Origin: Pseudomonadota bacterium
GTDB taxonomy: Bacteria > Pseudomonadota > Alphaproteobacteria > Reyranellales > Reyranellaceae
Direction of reading: 5' to 3'
DNA: 64,000 nucleotides
NCBI GenBank assembly: GCA_020160955.1
Contig: JAIUOX010000009.1
Location: 34-64,033 of the forward strand
A program made the translations under genes and the position numbers. This document shows, in pieces, positions 29,038 to 39,392 of this stretch (its first letter is position 1; every line of letters starts with the position of its first letter). The notes beneath the pieces were generated by a model. It did no database searches. It was not told the origin of the DNA and saw only the letters and a list, made by a program, of their open reading frames with translations.

Positions 29038-29051
29038 GCGCGCCCCCTTCG

Positions 29052-30033
<982 letters not shown>

Positions 30034-30041
<8 letters not shown>

Positions 30042-31026
30042 GGTGGTGGCACCGGACGAGGCCGCCGGGCAGCGCCGTCGCCGGCGGGGCGGTGGTGCGG
30101 CAGAGGTCGGTCGCCTGCGGGCAGCGCGGGTTGAAGCGGCAGCCCGCCGGGTAGGCGACGATCGACGGCACGACGCCGGTGATCTCGCGCAGCTTCTGGC
30201 GGCCGCGCCTGGCGCGTTCGCCCAGCCGCGGCAGCGAGTCGACCAGGCCGCGCGTGTAGGGATGGCGCGGCGTCGCGAAGATCGCCTCGGCCGGCTGGCT
30301 CTCGACGATCCGGCCGGCATACATCACGGCGACCCGGCGGCACATGTTGGAGACCAGGCCGAGGTCGTGGCTGATCATCAGGATGGCGGTGCCCTTGGCG
30401 GCGCACAGCTCGCTCATCAGGTCGATGATCTCGGCCTGCACCGTGACGTCGAGCGCGGTGGTCGGCTCGTCGGCGATCAGCAGGTCGGGCCGGCAGGCCA
30501 GCGCGATGGCGATCATGACGCGCTGGCGCATGCCGCCCGACAGCTGGTGCGGGTAGTCCTTGATGCGGCGCTCGGGCGAGGGCACGCGGACCTGGCGCAG
30601 CGCATCCTCGGCGCGGTCCATCGCCTCGTTCCACGACGCGCCCTCGTGCAGCACGAACATCTCGGCGATCTGGCGGCCAACCGGCGACAGCGGGTTGAGC
30701 GCCGTCATCGGCTCCTGGAAGATCATGCCGATGCGCGGCCCGCGCAGCTCGCGCCAGCGCGCCGCCGAGGCGTGCTGGATCTCCTCGCCGTCGAGCACGA
30801 TGCGGCCCGAGCCGAGCGACAGCGGCCGTCGCAGCAGGCCCATGACCGACAGCGCGGTGATGCTCTTGCCGCAGCCGGATTCGCCCACGAGGCCGAAGGC
30901 TTCGCCGCGGCCGATCTCGAACGACACGTTCTCGACCGCGTTGAAGGTCCGGCCGTCGGCCTGCAGCGCGATGTGCAGGTCGTCGACCCGCAGCAGCGGT
31001 GCGTCGTTGGTCGGGGCGGCGGTCAC
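30034..31026 (-). CDS. Peptide/opine ABC transporter ATP-binding protein (DppD-like)
   Basis: [26 protein letters not shown]. Confidence 0.93.
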
Positions 31027-31850
31027 GTGCGTCTCGTCGTCGACTGCGGGTCGAGCAGGTCGCGCAGGCCGTCGCCCAGCAGGTTGAGCCCGAGCACGGT
31101 GAAGAAGATCGCGAGTCCCGGGAACACCGACAGCCACGGCGCGGCGCGGATCTGGTCGCGCGCCTCGGACAGCATGCTGCCCCAGCTCGGGAAGGGCGGC
31201 CGGATGCCGAGGCCGAGGAACGACAGCGCCGCCTCGGACAGGATCGCGCCGCCCATGCCCAGCGTGGCGATGACGATCAGGGGCCCGAGGATGTTGGGCA
31301 GCACCTGGGTGAACATGATGCGCAGGTCGCCGTAGCCCAGGATGCGGGCCGCCTGCACGTAGCCCTGGCTCTTGAGCGACAGCACCTGGGCGCGCGCGAT
31401 GCGGCAGGAGTAGGACCAGCTGGTGAGGCCGAGCGCGATCACCAGGCTGACCAGGCCGGGGCCGAGGATCGCCATGATGGCCAGCGCGAAGACCAGCGAG
31501 GGGATCGCCAGCATCAGGTTGGTGAGGCCGCTCACCACGTCGTCCCACCAGCCGCCCCAGAAGCCGGCGGTGAGGCCCAGTGTGACGCCGATCAGGCTGT
31601 TGCACAGCTGGCTGAACACGCCGACCGTCAGCGAGATGCGGGCGCCGTAGCAGATGCGCGAGAAGATGTCGCGACCCTGCGCGTCGGTGCCGAACGGGTG
31701 CTCCCACGACGGCGGCAGCTCGGCGTCCATCAGGTTGGCGTCCATCACCGGGTCGGTCAGCGCGATCCATGGCGCGAACACCGCGACACCAATCGCGATC
31801 GCGACCAGGCTGCCGCCCACCCAGGTACTCGCCCCCCACTTCGAACGCAT
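31023..31850 (-). CDS. Peptide ABC transporter permease (DppC-like)
   Basis: HPFGTDAQGRD, EAALSFLGLG, SWGSML. Confidence 0.92.
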   Translation of the reverse strand: MRSKWGASTWVGGSLVAIAIGVAVFAPWIALTDPVMDANLMDAELPPSWEHPFGTDAQGRDIFSRICYGARISLTVGVFSQLCNSLIGVTLGLTAGFWGGWWDDVVSGLTNLMLAIPSLVFALAIMAILGPGLVSLVIALGLTSWSYSCRIARAQVLSLKSQGYVQAARILGYGDLRIMFTQVLPNILGPLIVIATLGMGGAILSEAALSFLGLGIRPPFPSWGSMLSEARDQIRAAPWLSVFPGLAIFFTVLGLNLLGDGLRDLLDPQSTTRRT

Positions 31851-31853
31851 CGA

Positions 31854-32789
31854 TCAACCGTACCGGATACGCGGATCGATCACGACGTAGGCGATGTCGA
31901 CCAGCGTGTTGATGAACAGGAAGAACAGCACGATCATCAGGATGCAGCCCTGGACCGCCGGCATGTCGCGCTGGAACACCGAGTCGACCATCAGCGACCC
32001 GACGCCCGGCCAGGCGAACAGCTTCTCGACCACCACCGCCTGGCCCATCAGCGAGCCGAACTGCAGGCCGACGATGGTGATGACCAGGACCAGCGCGTTG
32101 CGCAGCACGTGCCACTCGATGACGCGCTTCTCGCTCATGCCCTTGCTGCGGGCGGTGCGCACGAAGTCGGCGTTCAGCACGTCGAGCACGGCGGCGCGCG
32201 TGGTCCGCGCCAGCAGGGCCATCGGGCCGACGCCCAGCGCCATCGCCGGCAGGATCAGGTTGACGATGCCGCCGTCGCCGTAGCCGAAGCTCGGCAGCCA
32301 GCCGAGCGTCAGCGCGAACAGGTACATCAGCATCAGCCCGAACCAGAACTGCGACAGGCTGAGGCCGGAGATCGCCATCACCATCGACGCGGTGTCGATC
32401 AGGCTTCCCGGCCGCAGCGCCGCCAGGAAGCCCAGCGTGACGCCGACCAGGATGGCGAAGGACATCGCCGCCAGGACCAGCTTGAGCGACGGCCAAAGGC
32501 GGGCGCCGATCAGCTTGGTGACCGGCTCGCGGGTGCGGAAGGAGATGCCGAGGTCGCCGGTCGCGACCTTGGCGACGTACTTGCCGAAGCGCTCGTGCAG
32601 GGGGTCGTCGAGACCCATCTCCTTGCGCATGCGCTCCATCACCGCCGGGTCGATCGGCGAGCGGCCGTCCTCGTTCATGCCGGAGATGAAGCTGCCGGGC
32701 AGGACGCTGAACAGCAGGAACACCAGCGCCACGACCGCGAGCAGGGTGGGGATGACGTTGCCGAGACGACGGGCGAGGACGAGGAGCAT
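31854..32789 (-). CDS. Peptide ABC transporter permease (DppB-like)
   Basis: GDLGIS, DFVRTARSKG, VEKLFAWPGVG. Confidence 0.93.
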   Translation of the reverse strand: MLLVLARRLGNVIPTLLAVVALVFLLFSVLPGSFISGMNEDGRSPIDPAVMERMRKEMGLDDPLHERFGKYVAKVATGDLGISFRTREPVTKLIGARLWPSLKLVLAAMSFAILVGVTLGFLAALRPGSLIDTASMVMAISGLSLSQFWFGLMLMYLFALTLGWLPSFGYGDGGIVNLILPAMALGVGPMALLARTTRAAVLDVLNADFVRTARSKGMSEKRVIEWHVLRNALVLVITIVGLQFGSLMGQAVVVEKLFAWPGVGSLMVDSVFQRDMPAVQGCILMIVLFFLFINTLVDIAYVVIDPRIRYG

Positions 32790-32805
32790 GGGTACTCGGG
32801 AAAGA

Positions 32806-32840
32806 CCCGCCCTCCGCGCGCGCCGCGCGAGGAGGGCGGG
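32806..32840. other. Intercistronic hairpin between SBP and permease genes
   Basis: CCCGCCCTCC...GGAGGGCGGG 10-bp stem; possible mRNA stabiliser. Confidence 0.55.
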
Positions 32841-32852
32841 GACAGCCTCAGA

Positions 32853-34442
32853 TCACTTCGCCGGCGAACGCTGGTCGACCCAGATATCCTCGGGATACTG
32901 GTGCGTGATCTCGGTCGGGTTGGCCTGCAGGCCGTGGATCCACGGCTGGTAGGCCAGCACGGCCTTGTTGTAGTTGAAGAACCACACCGGGGCCTCGTCG
33001 AGCAGCATGTTGTTGGCTTGGCGCAGCAGGTCGTTGCGCTTGGCCGGGTCGGTCGAGGCCGCGGCCTCGTCGAGCAGCTTGTCGTAGGCCGGGTTGTTGT
33101 ATCCGGTGTAGTTGCAGGCCGTCCGCGGCGTCTGCGAGTAGTAGCAGCGCAGGGTGGCCAGCGAGTCCGGGCCGGTCAGGTTCGAGCCGATGTAGGCCTG
33201 GTGCTCGCCCTTCATCGCGATGTCGGTCAGCACCGTGACCTCGACCAGCTTCGGCTTCACCTTGATCCCGACCTTGGCCAGCATCGGGATGATCGCCTCG
33301 ACGATCGGCAGGCCCCAGCTCTCGTTCTGGCTGGTCGTCAGCTCGAACTCGAAGCCGTTGGGATAGCCGGCCTCGGCCAGCAGCTTCTTCGCCTTCTCGG
33401 GATCGAAGGCGTAGGGCTTGGCCGACTTGTCGAACGCCGACGAGGCGAGCGGCAGCCAGCTCACGGCGCGGTAGGCCTTGTCCTTGACCAGCCGCTTGAT
33501 GATCAGGTCGGTGTCGATGGCGTGGTTGAACGCCTGGCGCACCTTCTTGTCGGCGAACGGCTTGAAGGAGTGGTTGAAGGTCACCGCGCGGGTGAACATC
33601 TCGGGCACCTCGAGGATGCCGTTTTTGAGGTTCGCATCCTCGCGGTAGGCGACGTACTGCGCCGGGCCGAGGATCGAGGTGTCGATCTCCTTGTTGCGGA
33701 AGGCGACGTCGCGGGCCGCCGCCTCGGCCATGATCAGCACCTCGACCTTGTCGGCGTAGGGCTTGCCCGGCTTGTAGAACTTGTCGAAGCGCTCGGCGAC
33801 GACGCGCGAGCCCGGGATGTGTTCCTTGAACTTGAACGGGCCGAGGCCGACCGGGTTGGCGGCGAAGTTGCCCTTCTCGACCTCTTCCTTCGGCAGGATC
33901 GCGGTGGTGCCGGAGAAGAAGTAGTAGCCGGGATCGACGTTCGAGGTCAGCGTCATCTCGAAGGTCTTGTCGTCGATCTTCTTGAGACCCGAGATCTCCT
34001 TGGCCTGGCCCTTCTCGACCTCGACCGCTCCCTTGATGATGCGGACGTAGCGCGCCGCCGGGTAGCCCTTGCTGCCGTCCATGATGCGGTTGAACGACCA
34101 GATCACGTCGTCCGCCGTCATCTTGCGGCCGTTATGGAAGTAGGCGTCGTCGCGCAGCTTGAAGGTGTAGGTCAGGCCGTCGGCCGACGGCGTCGCCGCG
34201 GTCGCCAGCTCGAGCACCAGCTTGTTGTCCTTGGAATCCCAGTTGTAGAGGGTGCGGTGCAGCGCCTTGTTGATGATGTCGTCCTGGGCCCGCGGCGTGG
34301 TGTGCGGGTCGAGGCTGCCGAAGCTCGCGGCATAGGGCGCGGTCATCCGGATCGTGCCACCCTTGCGCGGCGTTTCCTGGGCCGAGGCGGCGCCCGCGCC
34401 GGCGATGGCCGCAACGGCAACGAGGCTCAACAATTTTCGCAT
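32853..34442 (-). CDS. Peptide ABC transporter substrate-binding protein (family 5)
   Basis: Signal peptide; SLDPH, YTFKLR, PVGLGPFKF, VRQAFNHAID. Confidence 0.93.
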   Translation of the reverse strand: MRKLLSLVAVAAIAGAGAASAQETPRKGGTIRMTAPYAASFGSLDPHTTPRAQDDIINKALHRTLYNWDSKDNKLVLELATAATPSADGLTYTFKLRDDAYFHNGRKMTADDVIWSFNRIMDGSKGYPAARYVRIIKGAVEVEKGQAKEISGLKKIDDKTFEMTLTSNVDPGYYFFSGTTAILPKEEVEKGNFAANPVGLGPFKFKEHIPGSRVVAERFDKFYKPGKPYADKVEVLIMAEAAARDVAFRNKEIDTSILGPAQYVAYREDANLKNGILEVPEMFTRAVTFNHSFKPFADKKVRQAFNHAIDTDLIIKRLVKDKAYRAVSWLPLASSAFDKSAKPYAFDPEKAKKLLAEAGYPNGFEFELTTSQNESWGLPIVEAIIPMLAKVGIKVKPKLVEVTVLTDIAMKGEHQAYIGSNLTGPDSLATLRCYYSQTPRTACNYTGYNNPAYDKLLDEAAASTDPAKRNDLLRQANNMLLDEAPVWFFNYNKAVLAYQPWIHGLQANPTEITHQYPEDIWVDQRSPAK

Positions 34443-34499
34443 GATGACTCCCTGAGCAGGTCCCCCGAGGGGCGCATTCCACCGTGCCGGGAGGCTTCC

Positions 34500-34515
34500 T
34501 GCAAGAGCAATGCCG
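34500..34515 (-). promoter_or_regulatory. Putative sigma54 promoter of the peptide ABC operon
   Basis: Minus strand CGGCATTGCTCTTGCA with GG-N10-GC, about 58 bp upstream of ATG 34442. Confidence 0.55.
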
Positions 34516-34611
34516 CCTTGACGGCGGGCCCTCGCCCGGAAGGAACCGATGCGCGCTCCGCGCCTTGCGAGGAGAAGCCGAGCGCGGCGCAGGGATCCTG
34601 GTGGGCAGCCC

Positions 34612-35412
34612 TTACAGCGCCGCCCAGGTCCTGGAGCCGACGATGCCGTCGGGATCCAGGCCCTTGTCGGCCTGGAAGCGGCTGACCGCGACCTCGGTGG
34701 CGGCGCCGAAATCGCCGTCGATCGCCAGCGACGGGAAGAACTTGCGCAGCCGCTTCTGCAGTTCCACCACCGCCTCGCCGCTGGCGCCGCGATGCAGGAC
34801 CGGCATCGCGTCGGACTTCTTGCCGGTCGGCACCTGCAGCCCGGACAGCTGCAGGCCGAGCAGGCGGGCGATCGCGTTCTTGGCCTTCGAGGTATAGAGC
34901 CGGCGCTCGTCGATGCCGTTGGTGCCGCCGTTGATGCGCCGCGTCACGCGGTCGAGGTCGTCGGCGTCGCACAGCGGGTTGAGCTTGTTGGCCTTCCAGA
35001 ACTCGCAGGCGATGGTCAGCGACAGCACCGGGGCGGCGGCCCGGGCCGGCTCGGCCTCGAGCGGCAGGTCGAGCCGGGCCCCGACGTCCTTGTAGTTCGC
35101 GCGCCCGGTCAGCTGGATCAGCCCGCGTCCCTTGTAACGCCGCCCGTCGCCCGGCATCGTGTTGCCGAGGTCGACGCGGCCCTCGTACTCGTCGCCGCTG
35201 GCGAATTCCTCGGTGGTGCGGTAGCCGGCCGATTCGTGGCAGGTCTGGCCGAGGAAGTGGGCGACGCGCAGCGGCGTGTTGATCGCGTATCGGTCGAGCG
35301 TCGCGGCGAGGACCTCGCCGACGCCACGGATGATCGCGGCCTGGCGCTCGCCGTTCTCGCCGCCGAAGCGCGGCGCGATCTCGAACATGGTGTGGGCATC
35401 AACCGGGATCAT
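34612..35412 (-). CDS. GH19 lysozyme/chitinase-like domain plus peptidoglycan-binding domain
   Basis: AHFLGQTCHES, YKGRGLIQLTGRANY, TRRINGGTNG; C-terminal IDGDFGAATE..V..FQ..GL..DGIVG; start could be 35439. Confidence 0.88.
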   Translation of the reverse strand: MIPVDAHTMFEIAPRFGGENGERQAAIIRGVGEVLAATLDRYAINTPLRVAHFLGQTCHESAGYRTTEEFASGDEYEGRVDLGNTMPGDGRRYKGRGLIQLTGRANYKDVGARLDLPLEAEPARAAAPVLSLTIACEFWKANKLNPLCDADDLDRVTRRINGGTNGIDERRLYTSKAKNAIARLLGLQLSGLQVPTGKKSDAMPVLHRGASGEAVVELQKRLRKFFPSLAIDGDFGAATEVAVSRFQADKGLDPDGIVGSRTWAAL

Positions 35413-35522
35413 GGCGCGCTCTCCTGTCGGGACTGACACCGCAGGTTGTGCCGCGCAGGACCCGGGCGCAAATCCTTTAGTTCGCGCCCAGCGTGCGTTT
35501 TACCACTTACAGGCGACGGCGC

Positions 35523-37118
35523 TCAGGCCGGGACGCAGTAGCCGTCGCGCCGCGGGTCGCAGCCGCCGGTATAGGTGCCGTCCTTCAGGGCGACGCCCTG
35601 CATGCCGCCGACCTTCATCGTCCAGTCCGGGCCGTCCGACAGGTCGTGGCCGCGCGTGCGCAGCGCCGCGCGCACGTCGGCATCGACCCGCGATTCCAGC
35701 AGCACGGCGCGGCCGTCGGTCAGGCGGGCGCGCGGTGCCTCGATCGCCTGCTGCAGCGGCAGGCCGAAGTCGACGTACTGAACGAAGGCCTGCGGCTGGG
35801 TCTGCAGGATGCCGTAGCTGCCCGGCGTGCCGAGCGCCAGCACCGGCCGGTCGCCCTCGGTGACGATCGACGGCGCGACGCAGATCGGCATGGCGTCGCC
35901 GCGCTCGACGCGGTTGGGGCTGCCCGGCGTGACGTCGGCCCAGTACAGGAAGTTGTTCATGCAGAGCCCGGTGCCTGGCACGACGACGCCCGAGCCGAAC
36001 ACGCTGCCGAGGCTCTGGGTCACGCACACCATGTTGCCGTCGCGGTCGCCGATCGAGAACGAGGTGGTGTGGCCCTCGCTTGCGGGCGGGGTCCACTGCT
36101 CGGTCGGGCCGGTCACCGGCTTGCCGTCGCGCACCCGGGCGCGCAGCGCCTCGACCGCGCCATCCGACAGCAGCTCGGCCAGCTTCTGTGCCGACGGCTG
36201 GCTGTTGGCGATGCGCACGCCGGCGGCGAGCCGGATCGCCCGCAACACGGTGTCGATGTGCTCGGTGCCGTTGCGCGCCATCTTCGCGAGGTCGAAGCCC
36301 TCGAGGATGCGCAGCGTCAGCAGGTACTGGAAGCCCTCGCAGGGCGGCGGCGGCACGTGCACGGTGCGCCCGCGGTAGTCCACCGCCACCGGGTCGATCC
36401 ACTCGGGCTTGAGGTCGAGCAGGTCCTCCATGGTGAGGGTGCCGCCCAGCTCGGCCAAGCGGGCGATGATCTTCGCGCCGAGTGCGCCGCCGTACAGCAG
36501 CTTCGGGCCCTCGTTGCCCAGCGCCTCCAGCGTGCGCGCGAGGTCGGGCTGGCGCAGCACCGCGCCCAGCGCCGGCCGGCCGCCGGAAATGCCGTCGAGG
36601 TACGTCTTCGACCACTCGGGATACAGCGCGTCGCGGCCACGCAGCTCGGGCGTGACCCCGGCGATCTCCTCGACGTTGAACTCGAGCAGGCCGAAGCCGT
36701 CGCGCGCCACCGCGATCGCCGGCGCGAACAGTTCGGGCAGCTTCCGCGTGCCATAGGACGAGACCATCTCGCACCAGCCGGCGAGGTTGCCCGGCGCGCC
36801 GACCGCGACCGGGCCGCGCAGCACCTGCTCGCGGCGCTCCAGCCTGTCGAGCGGGAAGGCCCGCGGGATGCGCGCCATGAAGTTCAGCGAGCGCACGCGC
36901 TTCTCGCGCGCGACGTAGCAGGTCGCCATGCCCATGCCGGCGAGGCCCGACATGTAGGGCTCGACGACGTTCAGCATCGCCGCGGTCGCGGCGGCGGCGT
37001 CGAACGCGTTGCCGCCGTTGGCCAGGATGCGCGCGCCCGCCGCGGCCGCGAGGGGATGGGCGGCGGCCACCATGCCGTGCCGCGATGCGATTGTCGGACG
37101 CTTTCCGTGCTGCAACAT
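35523..37118 (-). CDS. Gamma-glutamyltransferase family (Ntn hydrolase)
   Basis: GGNAFDAA, VVEPYMSGLAG, GH|TTSFSIGDRDGN (catalytic Thr), LGTPGS, GGCDPRRDG. Confidence 0.92.
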   Translation of the reverse strand: MLQHGKRPTIASRHGMVAAAHPLAAAAGARILANGGNAFDAAAATAAMLNVVEPYMSGLAGMGMATCYVAREKRVRSLNFMARIPRAFPLDRLERREQVLRGPVAVGAPGNLAGWCEMVSSYGTRKLPELFAPAIAVARDGFGLLEFNVEEIAGVTPELRGRDALYPEWSKTYLDGISGGRPALGAVLRQPDLARTLEALGNEGPKLLYGGALGAKIIARLAELGGTLTMEDLLDLKPEWIDPVAVDYRGRTVHVPPPPCEGFQYLLTLRILEGFDLAKMARNGTEHIDTVLRAIRLAAGVRIANSQPSAQKLAELLSDGAVEALRARVRDGKPVTGPTEQWTPPASEGHTTSFSIGDRDGNMVCVTQSLGSVFGSGVVVPGTGLCMNNFLYWADVTPGSPNRVERGDAMPICVAPSIVTEGDRPVLALGTPGSYGILQTQPQAFVQYVDFGLPLQQAIEAPRARLTDGRAVLLESRVDADVRAALRTRGHDLSDGPDWTMKVGGMQGVALKDGTYTGGCDPRRDGYCVPA

Positions 37119-37224
37119 GAGAACTCCCCCAAGAGGCCCCGACGGGGCGCGCGATGGTGCCTCGCCTGCCGCGAGGCGGCCAGCGGCAATTGCGCGGACG
37201 CACCGACGGCGCGACAATCGCGCC

Positions 37225-38304
37225 ATGCGCAATCTCGAATTCGGGTGGTTCCTGCCGACCGCCGGCGACACCACCGCCTACGGCCTCGCCAGCGCCCAGG
37301 TGCCGTCGTCGCTGCCCCTGTTCGACAAGATCGTCGCCGCCGCCGAGGCGAACGGCTTCGAATACATGCTGGTGCCGGTCCAGACCGCGTGCTGGGAGGC
37401 ATGGATCACCAGCGCCATGATGGTGGCGCGCTCGAAGTCGATCCGCATGCTGGTCGCGGCGCGGCCGTCCTACATCAACCCGGTGCTGCTGGCGAAGATG
37501 ATCGCGACCTTCGACCAGCTGTCGGGTGGCCGCATCTGCATCAACCTGATCGCCGGCCAGAGCGAGGCCGAGAACCAGTCCGAAGGCATCCGCTGGGGCA
37601 AGGAAGCGCGCTACGAGATCATGGACGAGGAGGTCGCGATCCTGAAGGCGCTGTGGACCACCAAGGGACCGGTGACCTACGAGGGCAAGTACCACCAGAT
37701 CAGGGGCGCCCAGATCCGCCCCCACCCGCTGCAGCAGCCGCACCCGCGCTTCTACCTGGGCGGCGGCTCGAAGGATGCCTGGGAAGTGTCGGCGAAGCAC
37801 TCCGACGTCCACCTGTTCTGGGGCGACACCTATGACCGCATCCGCGCCAACATGGCCGAGATCCGCGCCATGGCGGCGCGCCACGGGCGCGGCGACGCGA
37901 TCGGCTTCGGCATGCGCCTGCAGGTGATCTGCCGGCCGACCGAGAAGGAAGCGTGGGAGTTCGCCCACGAGCTGGTCGGCCACGCCAGCGAGAGCCAGAA
38001 GGCGTTCGTGAAGGAACGCTTCGCCACCTCCGAGGCCAACCGCCGGGTGCGCGAGCTGGCGCAGCAGGGCGAGGTGATCGAGCGCAACCTGTGGACCGGC
38101 ATCACGCAGGTCCGGCCGGGCGCCGGCATCGCCATCGTCGGCACGCCCGAGCAGGTCGCCGACACGCTGCAGGACTACATCGACCTCGGCTGCCACTCGT
38201 TCTGCCTGTCGGGCTACCTGCACGACGAGGAAGCCGAGCGCTTCGGCAAGTGGGTGATGCCGATCCTGCGCGAGCGCAACCGCGAGCGCATGCTCGCGGC
38301 CTGA
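37225..38304 (+). CDS. Luciferase-like flavin monooxygenase, SsuD-like
   Basis: FGWFLPTAGD, LVAARP, ATFDQLSGGRICIN, YLGGGS, IVGTPEQVA, LSGYLH. Confidence 0.88.
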   Translation: MRNLEFGWFLPTAGDTTAYGLASAQVPSSLPLFDKIVAAAEANGFEYMLVPVQTACWEAWITSAMMVARSKSIRMLVAARPSYINPVLLAKMIATFDQLSGGRICINLIAGQSEAENQSEGIRWGKEARYEIMDEEVAILKALWTTKGPVTYEGKYHQIRGAQIRPHPLQQPHPRFYLGGGSKDAWEVSAKHSDVHLFWGDTYDRIRANMAEIRAMAARHGRGDAIGFGMRLQVICRPTEKEAWEFAHELVGHASESQKAFVKERFATSEANRRVRELAQQGEVIERNLWTGITQVRPGAGIAIVGTPEQVADTLQDYIDLGCHSFCLSGYLHDEEAERFGKWVMPILRERNRERMLAA

Positions 38305-38318
38305 CGGGAGTCGACACC

Positions 38319-39392
38319 ATGTCCTTCTCGTCCCGCGTCTACGATCTCGCCGACATCGGCGCGGTGCAGGAGATGTACCACGCCAACGGCTGGACCGACG
38401 GGCTGCCGATCGTGCCGCCGACGCCCGACGCGGTGCGGGCCTGCCTCGACTGGGCGATGATGCCGGCGGGCCAGCTGATCGGCGTCGAGCCGGTGCGCGG
38501 GCTCGCCATCACCGCCGAGAAGCTGGCGATCAACGCGGTGATGGCCGGCTGCCTGCCGATGCACTTCCCGGTCGTCGTCGCCGCCTGGACGGCGATGATG
38601 AAGGAAGAGTTCCTGATGCATGGCGCCACCGCCAGCACCGGCGGCTGCGCCGTGCTGGTCGTGCTGAACGGGCCGATCCGGCTGGAGATCGGCGCCAGCG
38701 GCGGCTTCAACGCGCTGGGCAACAGCGACCGCGCCACCGCGGTCATCGGGCGCGCCATCCGGCTCTGCCTGATCAACCTGATGGATGTCCGTCCCGGCGC
38801 GATCGATCGCTCGACGCTCGGCCATCCCGGCAAGTTCTCCTACTGCCTGGCCGAGGACGAGGAGGACACGACCTGGCAGACGCTGGCCGAGACGCGCGGC
38901 CTGCCGCGCGAGGCCTCGGCGGTCACGGTGTTCGCCTCGGGCGCGCCGCGCCAGATCATGAACGAGTGGACGACCAGGCCCGAGGAGATCCTCGAGACCT
39001 TCGCCGCCGAGATCCGCGCCAACATGCGGCACTACTCGATCCATCCCGGCAACTACGCGATCGTGATCCCCAGGCAGCTGCGCGAGCACCTGCAGGGCGC
39101 CGGCTGGACCAAGGCCGACATCGCCCGCTTCATCCACGAGCGCGCCCGCATCCGGCGCAGCGAGTGGACCGAGGTCGGCAAGGGCGCGGTGGTGCGCGAC
39201 CGCGGCGACAAGGTCTATCCCGCGATGGAATCGCCCGACCAGCTGCTGGTGATCGCCGCCGGCGGCCCGGCCGGCGGCTTCGGCGCCGTCATCCCGCCGT
39301 GGCTCGGCAACAAGAGCTACGCCGCCACCGTCGCGATCGGCGCCTGCGTCGACTGCGAACCGCCCGCCCTTCCTTCCGGAGACGCCCCGTGA
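38319..39392 (+). CDS. Conserved hypothetical protein, partner of the UGSC-family protein; C-terminal CxxC
   Basis: GGGAG RBS; GWTDGLPIVPPT, AINAVMAGC, RATAVIGRA, GHPGKFSYCLAEDEE, ACVDC; stop overlaps next GTG. Confidence 0.8.
   Translation: MSFSSRVYDLADIGAVQEMYHANGWTDGLPIVPPTPDAVRACLDWAMMPAGQLIGVEPVRGLAITAEKLAINAVMAGCLPMHFPVVVAAWTAMMKEEFLMHGATASTGGCAVLVVLNGPIRLEIGASGGFNALGNSDRATAVIGRAIRLCLINLMDVRPGAIDRSTLGHPGKFSYCLAEDEEDTTWQTLAETRGLPREASAVTVFASGAPRQIMNEWTTRPEEILETFAAEIRANMRHYSIHPGNYAIVIPRQLREHLQGAGWTKADIARFIHERARIRRSEWTEVGKGAVVRDRGDKVYPAMESPDQLLVIAAGGPAGGFGAVIPPWLGNKSYAATVAIGACVDCEPPALPSGDAP

Noticed and set aside
34612-35412. Prophage around the GH19 gene
   Set aside because: No integrase, structural, holin or att features; flanks are metabolic genes
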